The notes below the pieces were generated by a model. The model saw only the letters and a program-made list of their open reading frames with translations, was not told the origin of the DNA and did not search any database. A stretch of DNA of 64,000 nt from Candidatus Nanohaloarchaea archaeon (lineage in GTDB: Archaea; Nanohalarchaeota; Nanosalinia; Nanosalinales; Nanosalinaceae), in NCBI GenBank assembly GCA_013343275.1, contig CP046106.1, positions 160,001 to 224,000 on the forward strand, given 5' to 3'. A program made the position numbers and the translations under genes. Below, piece after piece: positions 38,298 through 47,294 of the stretch; positions within the stretch are counted from its first letter, which is position 1; each line of letters starts with the position of its first letter.

Positions 38298-39012
38298 AGG
38301 CTGTGATGGCTGGAAAGCAGAGCTACTTCTGGCAGGACCTGACGGCTTCGAGAAAAGAGGCCTCCAACCTGGCAGAAAGGTTTCTTTTGAGGTAACCGAT
38401 GAGAGAAGATGCACGGGATATGCACCAGAGCCAGGAGAAAGAGCGCCGTGCCCGGAGTTCAGAAAGCTGGAGTCCGGTTCGCAGTGCAGCGAGTGCCGTG
38501 GAAAAGACATCTACTCAGACTACGTCCGAGGAGACACCCAGACCGATCTGGACGGCGAGTTCTCGGTTTACCTAGCGCAGATAGGCCAGAGAGTAAAGGT
38601 CGGGGTAACCCGTTCCGAGAAAATACCGAAGAGATGGATAGAACAGGGTGCGGACTACGGAGCAGAAATACTTTCAGGCCTTCCCTCAAAAGTAGCGCTG
38701 GAGAATGAACATGAGATCTCCTCGAGAGGAATAAACGAAAGAATAAGGAAAGAAGAGAAAGTCGGTGCTTCCGAGAAACCGGAGGCACTGCAGAAGGTGA
38801 TGGAGGAGCATGACTACGAGGCCGATATCGTTGATGTTAACTCTCTAACAGTATACGATCATCTCTCCGGAGATTTCGCACGGAAAGGCCTGTTTGAAGG
38901 AGAGATAAAGAGTGTAGAGGGGCAGATAGTTGGGAACGGTAGAGTGGCGCTGGCGATGACCTCCGGTAAAGTACTGAAGAAGCCGGATCAGAAAGGCCTG
39001 GACAGTTTCTAA
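38257..39012 (+). CDS. DUF2797 family Zn-finger protein
   Basis: R.C.G, PCP, QC.EC, VYLA, VKVGVT, RW.EQGA. Confidence 0.8.
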   Translation: MNSIVKVQWKNSSEGCDGWKAELLLAGPDGFEKRGLQPGRKVSFEVTDERRCTGYAPEPGERAPCPEFRKLESGSQCSECRGKDIYSDYVRGDTQTDLDGEFSVYLAQIGQRVKVGVTRSEKIPKRWIEQGADYGAEILSGLPSKVALENEHEISSRGINERIRKEEKVGASEKPEALQKVMEEHDYEADIVDVNSLTVYDHLSGDFARKGLFEGEIKSVEGQIVGNGRVALAMTSGKVLKKPDQKGLDSF

Positions 39013-39057
39013 CAGGTTTCCGGTAAAACTATATTTAACGGAGGACAAACTTGGTGT

Positions 39058-39537
39058 ATGACAGACTTTGAAAGGGCCTTAGTGAACTCCTTCAACCAGT
39101 TTTTCGATGAAGAGAAAATTGACGGAATTGCTCACAGGAAGAAGCAGCACCGTTTTTCCAGCCAGTTATGCGATGTACTGGTGGATTCAGAGCACGAAAT
39201 GTTTTACCTGGCGATTGAGAACAAGTCGGTCAAAACTAGTTCGACTAACAAGCTCTACTTCTCCCAGCATTTCTCACAGAGCGAAGGAGGTCATCAGGTG
39301 GAGAGGATCTCGGACTTCGTCGATAGATCTGGGCGCCGAGGATTCCTCGCAGTAGAATTAAAGCGGGGTAGAGGCCGTGCAAGGAAGGCCTACATGGTGC
39401 CATGGAGCGATGTAAGAGAGGCTTACGAAGCAGGTGAGACAGGTCTTCACATCGACGATATCCAGGAGTACCCGGAGATCCTGCGCGATTCCGAGAACTA
39501 TTCTGTGGCCGAGATGTGTATGGAGATGAAGATCTAG
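39058..39537 (+). CDS. PD-(D/E)xK nuclease (RecU/Hjc-like)
   Basis: FE...V, DVLVDS, AIENKS, QVERI..F. Confidence 0.65.
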   Translation: MTDFERALVNSFNQFFDEEKIDGIAHRKKQHRFSSQLCDVLVDSEHEMFYLAIENKSVKTSSTNKLYFSQHFSQSEGGHQVERISDFVDRSGRRGFLAVELKRGRGRARKAYMVPWSDVREAYEAGETGLHIDDIQEYPEILRDSENYSVAEMCMEMKI

Positions 39538-39582
39538 GCCCGTTCTTATTAATCTCTTGACTTCGAAACTTCTCCTGTAATA

Positions 39583-40191
39583 ATGACTTCAAGCTACGTT
39601 CCTGATGAGGAGGATGTCAAGAACTTTGCAGTAGCTACCCTTGTTTTCGGGGTTTCGTTCGCTGCATTCTTCCAGGAACTGGATCCGAAAGGAGCGGTCT
39701 TCTACACTGCGCTTTCTGGAATCGTGCTTCTGACCAGGGAGTTCGGTTTCCGGACCTGCGCACAGTGGATGGATGCCTATGTTGACAACAATATCTCCCG
39801 GAGTGGAGCGATGACCTCGATACTTGGAGCGTTCCTCGCCGTAATAACCCAGCTACCGGTAATACTTCTCTTTCCGCTGTGGAACGAGGCCGAATCACAC
39901 AAGTACGAGCAATGGGGTAAATCAACCGATGCCGTATGGATGAAGAGAAAGTTCTGGCTCTACTCCTGCGGAATAATAGCACTGCTCGCAGGCTCAACTA
40001 TCGCAAGAACCCTTAACTTTGAACTACTCGCCCGGATGTACGCTATAACCAGTTTCTTCTTCCTGCTACCGTTTGACTACGAAGACCTTCCAGGAGAGGA
40101 ACTTGACGGCGCCTTCATCCTGCGCTGGAGCGGTTTTACCTGGCTGATCTTCATGGGGCTGACACTTGTCTTCTACTCCCTGACGTTCTAG
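39583..40191 (+). CDS. Multi-pass membrane protein resembling site-2 (M50) proteases but lacking HExxH
   Basis: TREFGF at the HExxH position; LLP...LDG. Confidence 0.55.
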   Translation: MTSSYVPDEEDVKNFAVATLVFGVSFAAFFQELDPKGAVFYTALSGIVLLTREFGFRTCAQWMDAYVDNNISRSGAMTSILGAFLAVITQLPVILLFPLWNEAESHKYEQWGKSTDAVWMKRKFWLYSCGIIALLAGSTIARTLNFELLARMYAITSFFFLLPFDYEDLPGEELDGAFILRWSGFTWLIFMGLTLVFYSLTF

Positions 40192-40235
40192 ACCTTGAAC
40201 TAGATTTTATATTCAAGCCTTGGTAACCAGAATCT

Positions 40236-41483
40236 ATGCCGAAGATCAGCGTCGGAAGAAATGAAGAAGATAGAGAGGAACACGGCCTGAAAGGGACAGG
40301 AATTATCGGCAAACACCTGGTAGGAGAGAACGAGGAAGCCCACAAGGCCAACCCGATATACTTCGACCTGGCTAAACCTCACGTCATGGGGGTCTTCGGT
40401 AAGAGAGGAACAGGTAAGTCCTACTCGATGGGTACGATAGCTGAAGAACTCCAGGGATCAGATATCTCAGACAATCTTTCTACAATTATAATTGACTCCA
40501 TGGGGATTTACTGGTCGATGAAGAGGCCTAACGACCGTGCAGCAGGGATGCTAGAGGATTGGGATATAAAACCTGAGGCTTTCGATGCCAAGGTCTATAT
40601 TCCGGAAGGCCGTACGGAAGAGTTCGAGGAGAAGGATATGCCGTACGACAGTACTTTCACGATCGATCCTGCAGAGCTCTCAGCCCAGGACTGGGCCATG
40701 GCCTTTGATATAGATATGAACTCTGAGATAGGTATTCTCCTGGAGAGAGCTATCTCGAAACTTGACGATAAGTTTGGGGAAAATTACGATTTGGATGATA
40801 TCAACAAGGCGATCACAAAGTTTGACTTCGATGAATCCACTGTCAAGGCCCTGGAGAACCGTTTCATGACTGCGGAGGAATGGGGTGTCTTCGGTGACGA
40901 CTCATCGCTTGACCAGTTCACGACCCGTGGAGAAATGTCGGTAGTTGATGTCTCGATGTACGACGAACTTGTACGTGGACTGATTGTCGGGCTTCTCGGA
41001 GAAAAAATACTTAGACAGAGGATGGCCGCACGCAGAATGGAGGAGCTTGACGAAATGCAGGGCCTGGATACCAACGAAATGCCTATCGTATGGATGATGA
41101 TCGACGAGGCCCACGAATTCCTGCCGAATAAAGGAGAAACTCCTGCTACCGATACACTGCTTCGCTGGGTGAAGATTGGACGTGAGCCAGGTGTTTCTCT
41201 TGTAATGGCCACACAGCAGCCTGCTAAGCTTCACCCCAACGCTCTTTCACAGTGCGATATCCTGCTCTCTCACCGTTTAACTGCCAAACAGGACATTGAT
41301 GCGCTGGGTGAGATCATGCAGACGTATATGAGACATGACCTGGAGCATTACATCGATGCATTGCCTGATAGAGCAGGTACAGGCCTTATTCTTGACGATA
41401 ACTCTGAGAGGGTTTATCCGGTTCAGATGAGGCCTAGGAAGTCCTGGCACGCAGGAGGTACGCCGGACGCATTTGAGGACTGA
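40236..41483 (+). CDS. HerA/FtsK-like ATPase (DUF87)
   Basis: GKRGTGKS, IID.MG.Y, IDEAH, GRE.G...V.ATQQP. Confidence 0.88.
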   Translation: MPKISVGRNEEDREEHGLKGTGIIGKHLVGENEEAHKANPIYFDLAKPHVMGVFGKRGTGKSYSMGTIAEELQGSDISDNLSTIIIDSMGIYWSMKRPNDRAAGMLEDWDIKPEAFDAKVYIPEGRTEEFEEKDMPYDSTFTIDPAELSAQDWAMAFDIDMNSEIGILLERAISKLDDKFGENYDLDDINKAITKFDFDESTVKALENRFMTAEEWGVFGDDSSLDQFTTRGEMSVVDVSMYDELVRGLIVGLLGEKILRQRMAARRMEELDEMQGLDTNEMPIVWMMIDEAHEFLPNKGETPATDTLLRWVKIGREPGVSLVMATQQPAKLHPNALSQCDILLSHRLTAKQDIDALGEIMQTYMRHDLEHYIDALPDRAGTGLILDDNSERVYPVQMRPRKSWHAGGTPDAFED

Positions 41484-41488
41484 TAGTT

Positions 41489-42010
41489 ATGCCGATAACA
41501 GGTGGAACTTCGGTAGGAGTAGCTCTGGAAACGTTCGTTTACACGCCTATCAGGCAGCCTGGTCTACTGCCTACTCTTCTTCCGATTATTGTTGGTGGTA
41601 TTGTTATAGAGCTGTACTTCGGCCGTTTCACAAGCGAAGAGCTTGGCTGGAATACGGCAGTAGGTAACGCAGTTATATGGATTACTACAGGTGCAAACCT
41701 GCTTTTCAGCTCCGCACTGACAGCAGGGGAGAAACAGGCCGCGTATGCACTGATTGGTATAGGAGGCCTCGTCGGCTATATGGATTTCTACCATAAATGG
41801 CCGGACACCATCGCATTCCTGGTCTCATCTTCCGGAATAGTCTACACACTGGCCTATATCACAGTTATCTTCGTCAAGACTGACCTGAATGTAAATAGCC
41901 AGACCTTGAGGGCTGCCGCTGTATTCTTTGTAGCGACCCAGGTGGTGTTCAAGATTGTGCAGGGAATGGAGACTACGGCTGACGATGGAAACGACCTGGA
42001 CTTTAACTAG
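41489..42010 (+). CDS. Multi-pass membrane protein
   Basis: About five hydrophobic segments; ELYFG..EELGWN motif. Confidence 0.65.
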   Translation: MPITGGTSVGVALETFVYTPIRQPGLLPTLLPIIVGGIVIELYFGRFTSEELGWNTAVGNAVIWITTGANLLFSSALTAGEKQAAYALIGIGGLVGYMDFYHKWPDTIAFLVSSSGIVYTLAYITVIFVKTDLNVNSQTLRAAAVFFVATQVVFKIVQGMETTADDGNDLDFN

Positions 42011-42047
42011 AATAACCGGTTTATAATTTCAGGTCCAAGAACTTGAT

Positions 42048-44210
42048 GTGCAACTTCTAAATCAGGAAAAAATTGAATCAAGAACATACCAGGAAGTCAT
42101 CGCGGCCTCCGCCAAAGACCGAAACACACTAGTAGTACTGCCGACAGGCCTCGGAAAAACAGTTATCGCAGCTATGGTCTCCTCCATGAAGCTGCAGGAA
42201 GGAAAAGTACTTTTCCTCGCTCCTACAAGGCCTCTGGTTGAACAGCACAGGTCCACTTTTACTGATCTGTTGGAGCTTCCGGAAGTCGACATGCAGATGA
42301 TGACAGGTAGCACACGGCCTGACAAGAGGTACGAGCTCTGGAAGGAGAAGAGGGTTTTCTTCGGAACTCCACAGGTTGTGGAAAACGATCTTATAGCAGG
42401 AGAGGTGCCTATTGAGGATTTCTCGCTTGTTATCTTCGATGAGGCCCACCGAGCTACCGGTGACTATGCGTACAACTTCATCAGCGAAAAAATGCGCTGC
42501 CAGAGACTGGCGTTAACCGCATCTCCAGGAGGAAGCAAGGATAAAATTATGGATGTGGCAGAGAATCTGGAGATCAATAATTTCGAAGTTCGTACAGAGG
42601 ATGACCCGGATGTAGAGCCGTATATCCAGGATAAAGAGGTCAACTGGACCAAGGTCTCGCTCAACAACCGTTTTGAGAACGCGAAGGAAAAAATGGAGGA
42701 TGCCTACAGGACACAGCTCAAGAAGCTGAAGAACATGGGCCAGATAGATTCTATATCGAACGTACAGAAGACTGATCTTCTGAATCTCAGAGGACAGATC
42801 AGCTCGGAGCTCTCGCAGTCAGATGATTCGGAACTCTACGCAGCTATCTCTCATGTAGCTACAGCATTGAAGATCTCCCAGGCCATAGAGTTGCTGGAGA
42901 CGCAGGGTGTAACGCAGTGCTACGAGTACATACAGGGCCTGGAGAATGATGATTCGAAGGCTGCTGGAAGAGCTCTGAACGACGATGATTTCCAGAAAGG
43001 TAAGGCGATGGTGGAGTACCTGATGAAGAAGGAAGAGGAGCATCCGAAGGTAGAGAAGCTTGTAGATATGCTGGAGGATCTGGGTGACGACGAGAAAGCT
43101 CTTATCTTCACCGAGTACCGTAACTCAACGAACAGGATAGTTGAAGAACTGAACGATCAGGGTCATTCTGCTACGAAGTTTATAGGCCAGCAGGGGGATG
43201 AAGGAATGAGTCAGACACAGCAGATAGAAACTCTGGAGGAGTTCGAGGCCGGAGAGTATAACGTAGTTGTCTCAACAAGCATTGGAGAGGAAGGCCTGGA
43301 TATCCCGGCAGTTGACAAAGTTATATTCTATGAACCTGTACCCTCAGCTATCAGGAGTATCCAGCGCGCAGGAAGAACGGGAAGACAGGAGTCTGGAGAG
43401 GTTCACGTCCTTATCGCCGAAAATACGCGAGACGAAGGATACTACTGGAGTGCACACCACAAGAAGAAGAATATGAACAAGGTGCTGCAGGAGCTGAAGA
43501 ATGAGGATCTGGGTCAGGAACAGCAGACACTTCAGAACTTCAACGAATCCGAGGCCAAGAAGATAGAGGACAACTCTCCGGATGTCAAGGTTATTGCTGA
43601 CGACCGTGAGAACTCGATTGCCAAGGAACTCTCACGGAAGAACATTGAGGTCGAGAAGAAGAGGCTGGATGTCGCTGACTTCCTGGTTTCGGAGGATACT
43701 GCTATTGAGAGGAAGAAGGCCGAGGACTTTGTCGATTCGATGATCGATCAGAGGCTTTTCGACCAGATTCAGGATCTTCAGCAGTTTTCCAACCCGATGA
43801 TAGTTATTGAAGGCCGCAACCTGTACAACCACAGAGATGTAGATCCTGACGCCATCAGGGGAGCAATGGCCTCTGTTGCACTAGACTACGGTATGCCAAT
43901 CGTATGGACGGAGAACGAGAAGGACACTGCAGAGATGCTGGAGTCGATGGCGAAGAGAGAACAGGAGGACAACGAAAAGGATGTGGCGGTCCGCGGAACC
44001 TCTATGCAGAAGTCCAGGAAAGAGAGAATGAAGTTCGTGGTAGCAGGCCTTCCAGGTGTCAACACCAAGATTGCGGAGAGACTGCTCGAAGAATTCGATT
44101 CTATACAGAAGATTTTTACGGCTTCAGAAGATGAGCTTAAAAATGTGGAAGGTATAGGAGATAAAAAGGCGGAGAACATCCGAAAAATGATTTCACAGGG
44201 CTATGAGTAA
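42048..44210 (+). CDS. hef: Hef helicase-nuclease (FANCM/XPF-ERCC4)
   Basis: LPTGLGKT, DEAH, TASP, QRAGRTGR, ERK...D ERCC4 motif, HhH. Confidence 0.94.
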   Translation: MQLLNQEKIESRTYQEVIAASAKDRNTLVVLPTGLGKTVIAAMVSSMKLQEGKVLFLAPTRPLVEQHRSTFTDLLELPEVDMQMMTGSTRPDKRYELWKEKRVFFGTPQVVENDLIAGEVPIEDFSLVIFDEAHRATGDYAYNFISEKMRCQRLALTASPGGSKDKIMDVAENLEINNFEVRTEDDPDVEPYIQDKEVNWTKVSLNNRFENAKEKMEDAYRTQLKKLKNMGQIDSISNVQKTDLLNLRGQISSELSQSDDSELYAAISHVATALKISQAIELLETQGVTQCYEYIQGLENDDSKAAGRALNDDDFQKGKAMVEYLMKKEEEHPKVEKLVDMLEDLGDDEKALIFTEYRNSTNRIVEELNDQGHSATKFIGQQGDEGMSQTQQIETLEEFEAGEYNVVVSTSIGEEGLDIPAVDKVIFYEPVPSAIRSIQRAGRTGRQESGEVHVLIAENTRDEGYYWSAHHKKKNMNKVLQELKNEDLGQEQQTLQNFNESEAKKIEDNSPDVKVIADDRENSIAKELSRKNIEVEKKRLDVADFLVSEDTAIERKKAEDFVDSMIDQRLFDQIQDLQQFSNPMIVIEGRNLYNHRDVDPDAIRGAMASVALDYGMPIVWTENEKDTAEMLESMAKREQEDNEKDVAVRGTSMQKSRKERMKFVVAGLPGVNTKIAERLLEEFDSIQKIFTASEDELKNVEGIGDKKAENIRKMISQGYE

Positions 44211-45225
44211 AAAACCACTGATAATAGGCGTAGATCCCGGAAGTACTTCTGCAGTAGCAGCTATCGACCTCGAAGGAGAAAAACATCTCCTCACCAGCGG
44301 TAAAAACTTCCCACCGCACGAGATAATCGAGGAAGTTATTCAGACAGGTAAACCGGTGGTCGTAACATCTGACAAGGCCAAGATGCCGTCAAAAGTCGAC
44401 AAGATCGCATCCTCCCTCGGCGCAGAAACATACGTACCGGACAGAGATCTCGAACAGGAGAAAAAGAAAGAACTGGGCCACGGCGATAACTCACACGAGA
44501 AAGACGCACTTGCCTCCGCAGTCAACGCATACAACAACCTTCAAAGAGAAATAAGAAAGATAGAGAGTTTTTCCAAAGAACTTGAACAGGATAAAACCAC
44601 AATAGCAGATAGATACTTCTCTGACAGGCCTATCCAGCCGCAGAATGATGAAGACGATGATTCTGATGAGAGGATTGATGTTGAGGAGTCGAGGCCTGTA
44701 GATGAAGAGGTTGATCCGGAGAAGCAGAGGATGGAGGCGAAGATAGAGAATCTGGAGGAACAGATAAACGAGCTGAAGTCCGAGATGGGCGAGATGGAGG
44801 CCGAGAACGACAGGCTTCGAGGTAAACTCGAGAAAGTAAAGGAAGAGGACCGTCAGGAAGTACTGAAGGAGAGAGAAGTAACCAGGCGAGAGGCCCTGAT
44901 AAAAGAGAAGAATGAGAGGATTGAGGAACTTGAGGAGAAACTGGAGAACGCAGAGATAAGAGAGGAACAGTACAGAGAGGCCCTGAAGAAGCTCTATGAA
45001 GGCGGTGAACTTATTGAGATAGTAACTCACAGAACTGATGAGGTGCCGGAGAAATCGCTTACCCGGTCGGAAGAACTGCAGGAGAAGCTGGAGGCCCGTG
45101 GATTCAATATACGTCATGTAGATGATGTTGAGGCCGTGGAAACAGAGCGTTTTGCCGTGGTCGATGAGTTTCCTAAAGCTAAAAACTTCCGGAAAGTAAT
45201 TGATGAATACCGGGAGTCAAGATAG
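44203..45225 (+). CDS. DUF460 family protein (RNase H-like N-terminus plus coiled coil)
   Basis: IIGVDPG, G.PVVV.SD, NSHE.DALA.A. Confidence 0.85.
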   Translation: MSKKPLIIGVDPGSTSAVAAIDLEGEKHLLTSGKNFPPHEIIEEVIQTGKPVVVTSDKAKMPSKVDKIASSLGAETYVPDRDLEQEKKKELGHGDNSHEKDALASAVNAYNNLQREIRKIESFSKELEQDKTTIADRYFSDRPIQPQNDEDDDSDERIDVEESRPVDEEVDPEKQRMEAKIENLEEQINELKSEMGEMEAENDRLRGKLEKVKEEDRQEVLKEREVTRREALIKEKNERIEELEEKLENAEIREEQYREALKKLYEGGELIEIVTHRTDEVPEKSLTRSEELQEKLEARGFNIRHVDDVEAVETERFAVVDEFPKAKNFRKVIDEYRESR

Positions 45226-45227
45226 AA

Positions 45228-45809
45228 GTGTTTACAACAGCAGACCTAACTGAGCGGCAGGAGAAACTGAACAAGACCTTCCTTTTCATGATCAAACTTC
45301 TCGCAGCAGGAGGAATCTTCCATCTAATACTTTACATCTACCCGAACACCTACTCGCTGCAGGTGGGACTGGCCCAGCAAGTAAACTATATAACTGGTTT
45401 AATAGGAATGAACCTCCACCAGCAGGGGATATACCTGATCAGCGACTCGGCACGGTACTACATAACACAGGACTGCCTCGGATGGAAATCAATGGCCATG
45501 TTCACGGGCCTCGTCTTCGCAGGTTCAACAAAGTTCAGAAACCACCTGAAATACGTTATCTCAGGAGTAGGCCTCATCTACCTGGCAAACCTGATTAGAG
45601 TGGTCTCCACGCTCTACCTCGCGGAGAAAGGAATAATATCCTTCGGAGTAATCCACGGAGTAATGTGGAAATGGGGGCTCACAGCACTGGTCCTTGTGAT
45701 GTGGGTGGCGTGGTTCAACTTCGCAGAGATAGAGGAAGAAGCACATGTACTGGAAAGAGAACTGAGAAAGGCGACGTCGAACCTCTCAGAAAATAGAGGA
45801 GAGAAGTAG
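45228..45809 (+). CDS. Archaeosortase/exosortase family membrane protein
   Basis: ITQDCLG (Cys), NLIR (Arg) and a downstream His in a multi-TM protein. Confidence 0.75.
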   Translation: MFTTADLTERQEKLNKTFLFMIKLLAAGGIFHLILYIYPNTYSLQVGLAQQVNYITGLIGMNLHQQGIYLISDSARYYITQDCLGWKSMAMFTGLVFAGSTKFRNHLKYVISGVGLIYLANLIRVVSTLYLAEKGIISFGVIHGVMWKWGLTALVLVMWVAWFNFAEIEEEAHVLERELRKATSNLSENRGEK

Positions 45810-46682
45810 AAAACCTGCGCCGAAGATATCGGTAAGCAGTAGGGCCAGCACGAAAACCGGCATGAAAGGCACGCCTTCTCTTATCTCAAACTCCTCGTCT
45901 TCAATTCCCTCTATATCTTCCTCTGTCAGGCCTACAATACGGTCGTCAAAGCCCTGTCCCGGCGCCGCCACGTCTCCAGGCTCCAGATCGCTGGTGTCGA
46001 CAGTTCTGTAAAACGCCTCGTCCTGCACTACTTCAAGGAAACGGGTAAGCAAGATCATGAAGACAAAAAGCAGGGAGAAAACCAGTGCAGGAACCTTCAA
46101 AGTAGTCATAAACACGGCCAGTACAGCTACAGCAGCTAACTCAAGGCCTATACGTTTTCTATCGTTTTTCAGGCTTTCCGCAGTCTTACTCCACACTTCA
46201 GGGTTTCTGAAGCTCTTGTAGAGGGTGAATCCCATTATGTAGACGAAGCCTGCAAGAGTGATGTTCACGAACAGGTTGATAGGATCGAGCAAGGTCGCTG
46301 TTCCTACGTAAGGAGCGCCGAAACCTAGAGCGCTCATGGCGAATGCATCTGCACCCCCCCACATCCCGTTCCAGTAGGCAGCCCAGCCCATCGCCGAGAA
46401 AACCAGGCCTACCGAAAGAGAGTAGAAAAGAGGCTCCCCTAGAGCTGCCATGAGAGATGCAATCCCGGAGTAGGAGAAAATTGCTGTGAAGCCATTCGTG
46501 GCTATGAAGTCTGTCACCGCGTTCAGCTGCAGAGGGCGGGAGGCTATGAAGTGAAGGCCTATACCTCCCAGGACTGCTGATGCACAGAAGATATCGGGTA
46601 CATCGGTGGTATCCAGGTCGAAAAGTGAGGCTACGAAAAGCATTGAGAAAGTCAGTGCGTGTGACAGAACTGTGAATACCAT
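45786..46682 (-). CDS. A24 family prepilin/preflagellin peptidase
   Basis: ASLFDL...VPD and WGGAD catalytic aspartates; C-terminal G.PF.P. Confidence 0.88.
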   Translation of the reverse strand: MVFTVLSHALTFSMLFVASLFDLDTTDVPDIFCASAVLGGIGLHFIASRPLQLNAVTDFIATNGFTAIFSYSGIASLMAALGEPLFYSLSVGLVFSAMGWAAYWNGMWGGADAFAMSALGFGAPYVGTATLLDPINLFVNITLAGFVYIMGFTLYKSFRNPEVWSKTAESLKNDRKRIGLELAAVAVLAVFMTTLKVPALVFSLLFVFMILLTRFLEVVQDEAFYRTVDTSDLEPGDVAAPGQGFDDRIVGLTEEDIEGIEDEEFEIREGVPFMPVFVLALLLTDIFGAGFLLLSSIF

Positions 46683-46720
46683 GACTTGATTTAAATTCCG
46701 GAAGTTAAAAACAACTTTGT

Positions 46721-47251
46721 GTGAGAAAGAAACAGCGACTTCTAGCTGATCCTGGCGTCAGCACCTTTTTCCAGGCTGTCATGAAGAACTCTCCTGTCGA
46801 ACTGGAGGAACTGTGCAGCAGTATAGGTGTACAGAAGCAGCGTGCCAGGAACTGGATGAATGAACTGGATGAGGAAGACTTGATAACAGTTGAGAGAACT
46901 GAAGGCAGGGTCAAGATCTCGGTAGATGAAGACAACATCGAGGCCCTGAATTCTTTCGCAGCTGATCTACAGAACGATTTCTCCTCAGAACTCCAGAAAT
47001 GGGATGAAAGATTGAGTCAGGCAGCGAACGAAATGGTGCGCATGAAAGACGTACTGGACGATGAAGACGCAGTCCAGGAGTTCAACGACAGGCTGAACGA
47101 ACTTAAGGACTCCAGCGAAGAAATCGATATCCAGGCCCTGAAATCGCTGAGCGAGGTAGAGAGCTTTCTGGGTTACAGCGAGATAGCCCGTGAAGAGATG
47201 CATAAGTTCCACAGAAAGTTCAAGGTACTGGACAGGATAAAAGGCCTTTGA
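46721..47251 (+). CDS. Hypothetical protein with N-terminal winged-helix-like region
   Basis: V.L.EL...G......W...L.E..LI pattern followed by coiled coil. Confidence 0.55.
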   Translation: MRKKQRLLADPGVSTFFQAVMKNSPVELEELCSSIGVQKQRARNWMNELDEEDLITVERTEGRVKISVDEDNIEALNSFAADLQNDFSSELQKWDERLSQAANEMVRMKDVLDDEDAVQEFNDRLNELKDSSEEIDIQALKSLSEVESFLGYSEIAREEMHKFHRKFKVLDRIKGL

Positions 47252-47294
47252 AAGTTAATTTTTAAGTAGGATGTTTTGTAATGTGATTGTATGT

